Assembly: GCA_036172245.1 (NCBI GenBank)
Contig: JAYWIR010000008.1
Coordinates: 4,464,001-4,528,000, forward strand
DNA: 64,000 bases
Reading direction: 5' to 3'
Source of the DNA: Raillietiella orientalis
Taxonomy: Eukaryota
The notes below the pieces were generated by a model. That model searched no databases. It was not told the DNA's origin and saw only the letters and a list, made by a program, of their open reading frames with translations. Position numbers and translations under genes: made by a program. Shown here in pieces: positions 12,655 through 25,251 of this stretch (positions are counted from its first letter, which is position 1; every line of letters begins with the position of its first letter).

Positions 12655-15600
12655 ATGGATCAGAAATCGGTAAAAAAAAATGCATTCTTTAATCTTACAT
12701 AAGAGTTTACTTAAGTTTTGAGGCCTCTGCTAGGTGTTTGTAACGTTGAAGATGTATGCCGCATGTGACAGCCTAAAGTTTCGTTTCTTTTTAGGTGAAA
12801 GAGATACTGCGAAATTTGCCAAGCAAAGTTCATACTTCTAAATATAAAGAACGTTGTCAGATATTTGAGTCCCTTCAGTGTTACGTAAAATTGACTCCAG
12901 GTAAATCTATGACCAATACTTTGTTTTCAATGCAAACTGCAATCTGAATATATAGTAAAAAATTCAGAATGGTGTAATACAGCTTCATGTTGTTGGTACT
13001 CTTTTCGCCTTCCAACAAGAAAAGTACGATTAGTTTTCCCCGAACAGAGTAAATAAATGAAGTGTAGTTCAAGGATTGTCATAAATAAACTTCATTTTTC
13101 GCCCTTGTGGCATCATTGCTTTATAATCAGTATTAATGAGTAACACTTTCAGTGAGATTAAGCAAAAAAACATTATGGCCGAAGTACTTCTGAGTAAAAA
13201 TTGGAATTTCAAATCAGTAGGTCACTTTGTATCTAGATGTTAGGGAAGGTTTACAAGAAAATATAGTCATGCATGAAATTAGGTAAATATTTAATCGGAT
13301 ATGTGGAAAAACCCTAGTTACATGAGAGTCTGGGTAGCTGCTTTGCTGCAATGGCAATTTTGTATTTCTTGGAGAATTTATGCTGAAAGTGAAGATCTGA
13401 TTGGAAGATAAAGGCAGTCCCCAAAAAGAGGTGTTAATGTTAGATTGTAAATGTGTTTAAAAGTTGAAACTCATTTCTGAAATGAAATTTTCGAAATTTT
13501 TTTTCACATCGTTATTTGTTTATGTTTTCCTGTTTATGAGTGCAGTTTGCTTTGGAATTCTATAAAATCAGTACATACAAAAAATGTACAGTTTTTTAAC
13601 ATTGCTTATTTTTGAGAACAGATTCATTTTTCTGTATGTATGACAACCAAATGTAAGCAATCATGTATGGATATCACCAAATCATGGATGTTTGTCTGCA
13701 TACTTCAGAAAAGTAGATCTTGTAGGTAACTAATCTGAAAAGCACATGAATCTTAATGGGATTAGAAGCACATGGCGTTGACAAATTAGTTAGCTTGAAA
13801 GTACAAAGTAGAAAATTGAAGTGTAACTCATAAAAGCAAGCTTGCAAAGAATTATTCAAAAAAATAAAGGCAGGAGAATGTATAATTTAATATCTGATTA
13901 AATAGATACTAGCAATGAAATTAACTATTTTAATGATAATCGGAAAGGCAACTAAAAAAGGAACCATAAATGAAATAAAGAGATTGGTATTGCATCTTTT
14001 TTTGTCCAGTCTATGGATTTTGATGAATTGGTTGTGTATTGATTGCTTAGTTATAAATATTTGCAGTTGATATCTGGACTAAATGAAAGACCTTATTGCA
14101 TTCTTGTAGGCTTTTGTTTTTCATTTCATCACAGGACGATGTGTTTGAATAACCAGGGAATGCAGAATTCTGGCTGAATATGAATCAAAATATAGTTGTC
14201 GTGAATATGTTGTGTAACATGCATTCTTGTCAGGCATTCTCTAACAAGGTGACATGCAATCCTAGGTATGTTGCAGAGTACAGTCTTTGTGCTGCTTTTC
14301 TTTGAAAACAAATAAGTCTTCTGATACTTAATTCTGTCACAAAAAATGTGTATCTATTTTGTAAAATAATTATTGTGAATCTGTTGTGTGTTATGTCCAA
14401 AGACAAATTAAAAATCAATAAAAAGCCCTGATTAATTCTGAAAATCTGATTATGGAATCTGAACCAGAAATGACAAGCAATTATCATAGATTTTTTTATT
14501 TTTAAAAAGGATTTACGAAAGTGTTTTAAGAATATATTGTGATTATAATCAAAGCATTTATCGAACTTTCCAAATGATATGTAATTAGTTTTTGAGTAAT
14601 GTTCTGTTGTGTTGTGTTTGTAAAACGTTTTCACGAAGTTTTGCAAAAATCTTCACTCTGGGATTGAGAACAATTTTTTTTATATCTTTGCCAGTGGTCT
14701 GTGAAATCATAACAATTTTGCATTATCGTTCTATGCAGTCATTAGACTAAATGATAGTTGTGTTTAGATTCCATACTGGACTAAGTAGTAATTCAGAGCA
14801 AAAAACAGGTTAAAAAAACTGCGTAAACTATAAATTTCGTGCTTTCATGTTTTTATAACGTCAAAGATTTTTGTATTCCTTTTTTGGTTCATTACAAAAT
14901 ACCCTTCTCTTCTTGTATATGTAAATTTTGTGCTCATTTCTATTATGTTGAAAACCTTATTGGTTGTGTAGCATTTAACAGGATTATTTTTATTGGATTC
15001 CTCAGAAGATAAAATAAGTATGCTAAATTTTATTCTCTTCAGTTTTCATTACTTTGGTGAATTAAAACAAGACGAATTTTCAGAAATCCCTGCTACAGAG
15101 TCCAATACTATTTGCAAAGCTTTGCTGGTTACCATTCCCTTATACCAGACTAAGAAATCACGTGTTCTTGTGGACAGCTTTATTGCTAGTTGGCTGCAAG
15201 ATGTTCCATCATGTTATAAGTTTCTGAAGACACTGGTCTGTGAGCAGTCTGCTTCCTTTGAATGTTTGGTTGCCACGTAAGTAATCTATAGTATATGTTC
15301 TACTCTAATTGGCACATTAGTAAATCATCTGCCCAGAAAGCATTGACAGTTTTCAATTGGTCATGTATTATGGCCCCATATGATAAAAGTGATAATGTCT
15401 CTTGCATTATTAAAGTTCAGGCGATTTTGTTATGTCACATCTTAGCCAGTGGAATGACAAGGATGCAACACTGTATCAAGAAAAAACTGCATCAGTTTTG
15501 GCACAAAAACCCATCATTAATTGATTCCCTTGCTAAAGCCTTGACTAGCCAGGATCAGAACCTTAATATCTTGCCACTAGCTTCTGCGTTTGTGGATTTC

Positions 15601-18600
15601 CTATTCAAGCAGCAATCTTCATTACTCACCAAGGATTTTTCGGTAAAGATCTTTTAAAAAACATCTGTTTACAATATCTCTTAGATGCTGTTATTGGAGT
15701 TCTTTGTGAAGAAAGTGCTTTCTTCTAAAGATGACCCTCCTCTATTTTTGGTTCCACACTGTCATTCTCTCATTCATCTGATTTCCCATGATAGTTTCCA
15801 GGCCCTTATGCTGCCTAATTTGCAGAGAGCACTCCTGCGTAGTCCAGAACTTAAATTATATACAGTATCTCAAGTGTTACAGCTCCTGCCAATAGATTTA
15901 AGTGACTATGCTGCCGAACTTAGCTCTACACTGGCAAGTAAGCAAACTGCACATTCATGTGATAGTCACTGTCTCCTAGTGAGCCTGCGCAGTGGTCAAG
16001 ATGACCTGAGAAATAAAGCAGTATTAGCTTGGCGTTACATGACCCAGCAGTGTAGTAATGCAGATGTGATTCATCAATTGATGGATTATTTATTTGCTAT
16101 TCTTGATGGCGAAGAGCAGAAATTGGCTGTGGTTTCTCAGAAAATTAGCATATTGCAGGTAAGCAATCAAGAATGAAAGCATGTGTGACTTTCGTAGGCT
16201 ATTGGTCATCTTACAACAGCCACCATCCCTTCACTTTCTATGCAGTCGTTGGCAGTAGATGCCATTCTTCGACTTGTGCATATTTTGGAAACTGAAGGTA
16301 GATTAGTATGACATGATTTCTGAATCTGTGCAGTCCATGAGAGCATTCTGGTGGCTGCCTTGGAAGCAGTTAATATGTGGTGTCTTCGAATGAATGGCCC
16401 TCGTCCTCCTGACCTCTGTCGTTGGCTCATGGTAATTAAAATACTAGTGCTTTGTCTGTTGCAATCAGATGTAGCGAATACCAAGCCACAAATCTTCAGC
16501 AGTGCGGATTGCTTCCATTCATTGTATATCTTCTTGCTTCAAAGAGCAAGTAGACTCCTCTGTTGATCAGCTTATTATCTTCTTAGTCAATACCACAGAA
16601 AAAGCTGTGCAGCATTCTGCTCAGGTGCCTATATATCCCTTCCCCCTAAAAGTGACTTTATCATCTCATTATAGAATTCTATTATACAAGAAGCTCTGTA
16701 TTCAGCATGTGCTTTAGTGCAGCTGGCCGTACATTACCCAAATACTGAATCTTACTTGGGAAATTTCTGGTCCTTGTTACAAAACAATAAATTACCATTC
16801 CTCAAAAGCAAATTTTTGCAGCAGACTACTGAAATAAGTAAGCATCATATTCTGTAAGTTTGTTTGATTCTATAATCCCAGTTCTGTTCAAACTCATCAC
16901 TCTTTTGGAAAATTTATTACTTTACCACTCCCATCAATGTCTGAATATTACCATCCTTCATGAGATGATAGTGCAACTGGCTCTTACCAGATACTACAAG
17001 GTTCATGTTCAGTTGTGTTCTGTTTTGCAAACCTTGCTGTTGGCCTCGGGTAGCTATGAGTTGGCTTGCAACATTTTGGAAGCTTTTCTTTCTGCTAATC
17101 AGGAAGACAAGGTAAACATTTTTCTTAAAGCTCACTAATGATAATCTGTTATCGTACTAGAACCTAGAAGGAATTGAAGCTGTAAACAGAACAAAAGGAG
17201 CTATCAGCCTACTCAAAACTATAGCCAAGGGCAGGTATCTAGAGGATGAGCAATATCACTTAGCCCAACGTCTTTTACTTCCTACTTGCAGCAGTTTAAT
17301 TTGTAAGGCAGCCTTTCATGGTTACTTATTTCTCAGATACTCTTTGTCCTCGTCTTTGGGAGAAACTTCTTATCATTTTGAAGGTCCAGCCAAGTTCTGT
17401 CACTTTTATTGAGCAGCATGCGAAGGAGCTACTGACAAATGTTTTAAAGGAATTTAGTGGAAAGATACATGAGAGAAATGCATTGTGTTTACTAGCAAGG
17501 ATCGATCCAGTATCCACAACTCAAGCTGCTGTACACTATGTTTATAAACAACTTGCAAATCCTGAATTCTATAGCATCACCAAGCAAGATATTGAAATCT
17601 ACCTCACACCAGAAGGAGTGCCTTATGATCAAACGATTGTGGAAAGGTAAATATACTTATGCAAACCGACAAAACAAATCATCGTCATTTTTTTTTTTTT
17701 TTTTTTATAGTTTCCTCAAAGAGAGTGTAGTTTCTGTCAAGAATATCAAACGTGAAAGTCGCGCTTATTCCTACAGAGAGCAAATGGAAGAACTTGAGTT
17801 GCGCCGAGAACTAGAAATCAAAAATGCAAAAGATGGTGGCATCATAGATCTCAATCAGCTACCTCCTGTTAAGAAGCAAATGCTGATGTCCCAGTTAGAG
17901 AATGAGTCTGCAGTCAGGAAGCACATTCAAGCTGTAAAAAAAAATATATACATGTATATATCATAGGAGCTGATGTCATTCCAGCTAGCTGAAGCTTTTC
18001 ACTTGGGCATGCAAGTGCTATCTCCGTTGGTTCACACTGTTCCTGACATCCTGTTAGGTTACATGCATCAGCTCATGCTGGTGATGGAGCCTCTATTACA
18101 TTGTCCTCTATTTGCTGCAGATGTTGTGAATGCATATTGGTGTCATTTACCATTCACGAAGAAGAAGGAAGATATTCCAAATGGTAAGATCGCTTGGAAA
18201 TATTCTGGATGCGACTGGATTATGGACAGTTCCAGGACTTAATCACGTTATCCTAAGAGTGCTGAAGCCTGCATGCACTTTGGATGCTTCATGGCAGGAG
18301 GAGGAGCTTAGTTTGTCTTGCCTTAGAGCCATTAGTTCTTTGCACAAGCGAACACAGGGGTCTTGGTATCCCTCCTGGATTTTCTGCTACTTTTTTCCCT
18401 TGTTGAGATCTGTTCTTCAGGACACCTTACAGAGTTCTCAAGATAACATACGAACAAATGCATTGCAACTAATAGAATTCCAATGTCATATGCGAGGAGA
18501 TCCTTCTGTGTCACTGAAAGATGTTCAGAAAAGATCTCATTTGCATCCCTTTCATCCTCAGTTTCTTCCCAAGCTACAAATCATTGAGATACTGCTTTAT

Positions 18601-21600
18601 GTGATGAATAAAGAAGAGGGGCACTTGCAGCAATTAGCTGCATCTGCTTTGGCAGCATTGTGTGAAAGCTGTTCTGGCTTACCAGGTTGTGGTATAATAT
18701 CACTAGAAGAAGTGAGCATTTTATTGGCTGCCTTGAAAAGTCCTTTATCTTTGGTGAGGGAAGCTGTGTTAAAGGTAACAGATGCTTTTGGGGACATGTT
18801 ACCAATTCTAGTAGGCTATTGATCCTCTAGTGGTTCCTGAATATCAAAAACTTCTAGGAAAAGAGTTTGCTTCTTTACTACGCTCTCATCTTTGGATTTC
18901 TCAGTTTGATTCACTGGATACCAACAGGTAGTTATTGCTGCTCAATAAGTTCAGTGACTCTTTTTAGTGATCTAGCACAGCAGCTGTGGCTGAAAAGCAC
19001 TCTGGAAGTCAGCTTTGATATGTCTTCTGAAATTTTACAAGACTTGCTCAAGCCAGTGCAGCCATTACAAAAAGCAGCTGCAAATGCTTTAGCTGCACTT
19101 CTACAAACCACGAATCATGTTGGAGACATCATGTCACAGCTACTTGCTGTGTATTTGGAAGCAGCTTCAGTAAGCTGCATTTATTTCCATGAATTTAATC
19201 TATTTTATTATAGCCGGCTGTTCCAAAAGTAGATGATTTGGGTCGTATCCTAGAGGAACCTACAGATCCATGGGAGAAACGATATGGTATCAGTTTGGCC
19301 TTGAGTTCTCTTGCTCCTTTGTTGGATTCTGAAACTGTTGTGTCATTGATGCAATTTTTTGTGAACCATGCTCTGGGTGACTCACATAGTGTAGTGCAGC
19401 AGAGCATGGTTGATGCTGCTCTCATGGTGATGGAAGTTCATGGGAAAGTAAGAAAGTTGAAACTTTGTTTTGACCAAGGATACCTGTGCTAGAATACTAT
19501 AGATTCGGTGCTGCCAATCTTTGAGAAGTTCATGGACTGTGCTCCTAGCACTGGGATGTACGATAAAGTTCGCCAAGCAGTGGTGATTCTTCTTGGTTCC
19601 GTTGCTAAACATCTGGATAAAAACGATCCCAAAGTAAAGCCTATAATTGGCCGTCTAATTGAAGTGTTGAGTACTCCTTCTCAACAGGTGCGATTCTGCT
19701 CCTGATGAATTTTTTTAAATCACTTGATTTAGGTCCAAGAAGTAGTAGCTAGTTTTTTGGCGCCACTGGTTCCCTCTATTAAGGATGAAACTCCTGATTT
19801 GGTACAAAAGTTATTCCAACTTTTGCTGGAATCTGAGCAGTATGGGGAGAGACGTGGCGCAGCTTATGGCCTGGCTGGAATCGTAAAAGGATTGGGAATT
19901 TCTTCTCTTCGCAATTTAGACATTATGGCCAAGCTGACAGTTGCCATTCAAGATAAAAAAAATGCTTGTCATCGGGAAGGTAGTTCTTAAATCATGGTAC
20001 AAAGGATTTTAGGGTCTGTCAAGGTGCTTTATTTGCCTTTGAAATGCTATGTCATATGCTTGGACGCCTTTTTGAGCCATATGTAGTGCATCTCTTACCC
20101 CATCTGCTTTTATGCTTTGGTGATAGCAACAAATATGTGCGGCAAGCTGCAGATGATACAGCTCGAGCTGTCATGAAAGAATTATCCGCCCATGGAGTCA
20201 AATTGGTTTTGCCTTCCCTGTTAGCTGCACTAGAAGAAGAATCTTGGCGCACTAAAACCGGTAGAGTGATTTTGGCGTATGTTTCCTCAGTAAATGGTTT
20301 TAGGCTCTGTGGAGCTTCTTGGTGCAATGGCTTATTGTGCTCCTAAGCAGTTGTCTTCTTGTTTGCCCAGAATTGTTCCCAAGCTTATTGAAGTATTGAG
20401 TGATTCTCATCAGAGAGTACAAAGAGCAGGTGCTCAGGCCCTTCGTCAAATTGGTTCTGTTATACGTAATCCAGAAATACAAGGTAAAGTTAAATTCCTT
20501 GTTAATGGTTATACTGACTATTCAGGTAGCTCTGTCTAGTGTTCTCCTGGATGCATTGCAAGAACCTGCAGTTCGTACTTCTCAGTGTCTCCAAGCTTTG
20601 CTAGATACCAAGTTTATCCACTTTATTGATGCACCATCCCTAGCTCTTATCATGCCTGTGGTTCAGCGAGCTTTTCAGGATCGTTCTACAGATACACGCA
20701 AAATGGCTGCCCAGATTATTGGCAACATGTATTCCCTTACTGATCAGAAAGATCTGCAGCCTTATCTACCAAGTGTGTTACCTGGATTGAAAATGTCACT
20801 TTTGGATCCAGTGCCTGAAGTATGCAGGGTGAATGTTCTGATATGCATCTGAGGCATAGGTACGTAGTGTGGCTGCTCATGCTCTGGGCACCATGGTCCA
20901 TGGACTGGGAGAAGCATATTTTGAGGATCTTCTGCCTTGGCTAATGGAAACATTAACCTCTGAAGTAAGTTCAGTGGATCGCTCAGGTGCAGCTCAAGGA
21001 CTCAGTGAAGTGATGGGTGGATTAGGTGTAGATAAATTGCATGGGCTTATGCCTGGTAGGAAATATTCTCAGATTAGGAATATTTGCTTTGTAGATATTA
21101 TCGAGACAGCAGAGCGCACAGATATTTCTCCACATATCAAAGATGGTTACATGATGATGATGATTTATTTGCCACCTGTTTTTGGTCAGCATTTCATCCA
21201 GTACATTGGAAAGATTATAAATCCTATTTTGAAGGTATATCAATGTAACAGATGGGTAATTATCAGAATTTTTATGTCTAGGCCCTTGCTGATGAGAACG
21301 AGTTTGTGCGTGAAACAGCCTTATTAGCAGGCCAACGAATTGTGAGCATGTATGCTGAGAGTGCTGTCCCTCTCTTCCTTCCTGCCTTGGAAGCAGGACT
21401 CTTAGATGAGAATTGGCGTATTCGCCATAGTTCCATCCAGCTACTAGGCGACTTGTTATATCGTGTGTCTGGCATTAGTGGAAAGATGAGTTCTGAAACT
21501 GCCAGTGAAGATGATAATCTAGGCACTGAGCAATCTCACTTAGCGATTATCAATGTCTTGGGTCGTGAACGACGAGATCGAGTGCTAGCTGGACTATATA

Positions 21601-24210
21601 TGGGACGCTCAGATGTGGCACTAATGGTACGACAGTCTGCACTTCATGTTTGGAAAGTGGTTGTGACAAATACTCCACGTACTCTACGAGAAATTCTGCC
21701 TACTTTATTCATGCTCCTGCTAAGTTGCTTAGCTAGCCCAAGTCAGGAGAAGCGTGAAGTAGCTGCTAGAACTCTTGGTGATCTAGTACGCAAACTTGGA
21801 GAACGTGTGCTGCCAGAAATCATTCCAATTTTGGAGAAAGGATTGGCATCAAATGAACCTGAGCAGCGTCAAGGAGTGTGTATTGGTTTATCAGAGATCA
21901 TGATGTCCACAAGTCGTGACACAGTAATTGTATTTATGGAGAGTTTAGTCCCCACCATCAGGTAAATAGTATACCCGCAGAAACACTAATTCTTTCATCT
22001 AGACGTGCTTTGTGTGATCCTCTGCCAGCAGTCCGTCAAGCTGCTGCCAAAACTTTCGACAGCTTACATGCTACAGTTGGTTTACGTGCTCTTGATGACA
22101 TTTTACCTGCCATGCTGATTCAGCTTGTGAGTTTGGGGTTGCATAGGTATCATGCTTTAGGCTTTCTAGAATAATCCATCAGTCAGCGAATACACTTTGG
22201 ATGGACTAAAGCAGATAATGGCTATCAAAAGTCGTGCTGTTCTCCCGTATCTTGTACCACATCTCACAGTTCCTCCTATTAACTGCAAGGCATTGTGTGT
22301 GCTGTCTGCTGTTGCTGGAGATGCCTTGACTAAGCACCTTCCTCGAATTTTACCAGCACTTCTGCATGCACTTAATGAGTCTTGTGAGGGCTCTCAGGAG
22401 CTGGAATATTGTGAAAGTGTGGTGCTTTCTGTTGTTGACGAACAAGGCATGTGCACTGTTATTGATGAACTGCTGAAATTCACGCAGTGCAAAAATGAGG
22501 CCACTCGCTGCAGTGCTACCAAGTTGTTAGCAGCATATTGCTCAGGCTGCCGAGCCAATTATTCTGTACACATACCGCAGTTGTTACGAGGATTTTTACA
22601 TTTATTAATGTTTGAAGATAATGTCTTGCTGCATTATGCTTGGGATGGACTTAGTGCTGTCATACGAGTAAGTGTAATAATTATGATTATGATAAGAATG
22701 TAAAAACTTTGTAGTTTTTGGAGCCATTGCAGCTAATAGAACATGTGGGGAATGTGAGACAGGCACTTCGTTTCGCCTTATCAGATTTGAAAGACTGTTC
22801 TCTTGTCCCAGGATTCTGTTTGCAGAAGGTACATTTTATGTGTTGCCATCTAGTTAACATATATCAATAGGGTATTGGTCCAATCCTGCCTCTGTTTCGA
22901 GAAGCCATCCTCAATGGATCTGCCGAAGTAAAAGAACAAGCGGCTCTTGGTCTTGGGGAAGTCATTCGCTTGACTAGTGCCGATGCTCTTAAATCCTCTG
23001 TTGTGCAAATTACGGGTCCATTAATCCGTATTCTGGGAGACCGTTTTACTGGTGGTGTAAAAGGCGCTATACTCGATACTCTTGCTCTGCTTCTTGCCAA
23101 AGTTGGCATTGTTTTGAAACCATTCTTACCTCAGCTGCAAACTACTTTTTTGAAAGCCTTAGCAGATCCTCAGCGACTTGTAAGACTGAAAGCAGGTGCT
23201 GCTTTGAGTCAGTTGATTATCATTCACAACAGAGCCGACATCGTATTCTCGGAATTGGCATCTAATGCCAAATGTACAGAAGATGGATCTGCAAGGTTTG
23301 TCAGTCTTGTTTTTTAGTGGTTCTTGACAGGATTCTTTTTCAGAGAAACCACTTTGTCAGCTTTACGAGGTATTATCAGTGCAGCAGGAGACAAAATGAG
23401 TGATGCTGTGCGGCGTCTTGTTCTACAAGCCTTGATCCCTTTCCTTAGTCATCCAGAGGATGGGACTCGGTTGACTGCTGCAGGCTGTGTTGGAGCTCTC
23501 TGCCGGTGGCTCACTGATGCTGAACTGAACTCCTTATTGTCTTCTCACTTGTTAATTGGAAGCGATGCACGGCAGGAATGGCTACTCAGACATGGTTGCA
23601 GTGCATGCCTTGCAGTGTGCATCAAAGAAGCTGCTGGACGACTCCATCACAATGATATTTTGGAAAAAGTTGAGCAACAGCTTCTCTCCCTGCTGGCTGC
23701 AGATCGTGTACCTGTTGTCCTTAGTGGTGTACGAGGTTGCGGCTATCTTTTGCACGATCAGCTGCTTCGTGATATTCCTTTGTCTCAAAGCCTTATTGGA
23801 CCCTTCTGCAAAGTATACATAAGGGCATGTCATATTTCTTCTCTTTGACAGTATTCTTTTAGGCCATGAATCATTCAAGTAATGATGTCAAGCTTTTGGT
23901 AGTTCAGGTGGCACATTTTTTAGCACGAAGGCGTCCAACTTTGCTACCTAAGGAGCTACTCAGACCATTTTTGCTCTTTCTTGTAAATGGTACCAAAGAA
24001 AAGAACACGATGGTTCGTAGCAGCAGCGAAACTGCTCTAGTTGCCATTCTTCGCCTGAGAGAAGAACCAAACAGTTTCGCAACCTGTTTGAATCTTCTGG
24101 AAGTTGGTGCGCAGGAGTCTTTGAACGAAGTCATAAACAAAGTCTTGAAAAAAGCAGCTGCCCAGCCAGAAGGAAAAGAGGAAGAGATAGATGATACACT
24201 TTTAAGCTGA
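12655..24210 (+). CDS. GCN1: GCN1, eIF2-alpha kinase GCN2 activator (HEAT-repeat ribosome-collision sensor); 33 exons, ~2637 aa
   Basis: Exons traced by eye: 12655-12669, 12795-12900, 15084-15276, 15321-15642, 15685-15937, 15980-16158, 16198-16297, 16334-16431, 16475-16624, 16675-16837, 16882-17111, 17161-17302, 17337-17646, 17711-17933, 17985-18183, 18236-18774, 18815-18927, 18968-19169, 19214-19447, 19493-19687, 19733-19979, 20024-20260, 20304-20483, 20530-20819, 20860-21055, 21095-21234, 21282-21961, 22003-22126, 22170-22667, 22715-22828, 22871-23295, 23344-23812, 23863-24210. All introns are GT-AG; the CDS is 7914 nt, divisible by 3. Hallmark GCN1 segments: [88 protein letters not shown]. 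The N-terminus [12 protein letters not shown]...KERCQIF resembles human VSETLKRFAGKV...KERREIL. An alternative in-frame ATG lies at 12631. Confidence 0.97.
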
Positions 24211-25251
24211 CATTTGGCCAATACATCAATAAGAAACACCACTCGCATTGTAATTATTGTAGAAAGGTGGTAGGAAGGTACCTTGTTTGCCGTTTCTTTT
24301 GTTACCTATCACTGATCCGTCGCGAGTGCGTTCCGGGTGCAGTTTTGCCACCGGGAAGCACACGTGGAATGCAAGGCCCTCGGTCGTCCGGCGGCATGCG
24401 TTGGAGTGAAAGCAACCCGGCAATTGATCGTTTCCCGTTTCGGCCGTCCCGTTTCGAACCCGGCAGCGTCGCACGCGTGATGCCTTTCAGCGGATGCTGA
24501 TCCGCGTGGACCATCCACGCGTGAATCCCCCCAAGTCGCGAGTGACAGCTGCTGTCGCTCGAAGCGTGGTGCAGAAACGAATCTCATGCAAGGTGAAGCC
24601 GAATCGCACGTGCGATCCGTTGCATCTGCCGGCGGATGCAACCGTGCACTGTGGTGTGAAAGCATCAGACCCTCTCCCGAAGCGTTTGAGGCCTGGAAGA
24701 AGCCCACCTCCGCCTCCTGCATGCGCCCATCAGTATTTTGATGGGCGTGCAGAGGGTTTGCACGCTCGTGGTTACCTTAGATAATACTATAATTGGCCTC
24801 ATGCGGTAATTTTTTTTTCTTTGCTTTTTTCTTTTTCGGCTCGGAAAGGTGGGACTGGTTACGCACAGATTCTCGTGATGCACAGCAGCTATGCATAGGT
24901 TCCCCCCCCCCCCTTTTTTTTCTCCTTCCCCCCCCGAAAGAAAATTGGCAGTGCTCAACCCAGGCTTTTCATGAAGGCCTCTCGATCATTAAGGGCAATC
25001 TGATTATTTCGCTGAAGTATCCGTCCTGATTGTCATCAGCACTTCATTAAGAACAGAAAAAAAAAAAAAATAATAATAATATCCCTCCGACAGAGCTGTG
25101 CGGTGCAAATGAACTTTGTGGGGGTGTTTGCGAGTGCTTTGTGGTGATCTGTGCAAAAGAATTTCGCGAACTCATCAGTTGTTATGTTAAAGAACAGAAT
25201 TCAAATGAAAAAGAATGATGGTGACTGCCACGTTGTAATATTATTTATACG

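Noticed and set aside
12881..14646. AT-rich ORFs inside GCN1 intron 2 (one faintly mariner N-terminus-like)
   Set aside because: Short, compositionally biased, with no catalytic motifs.
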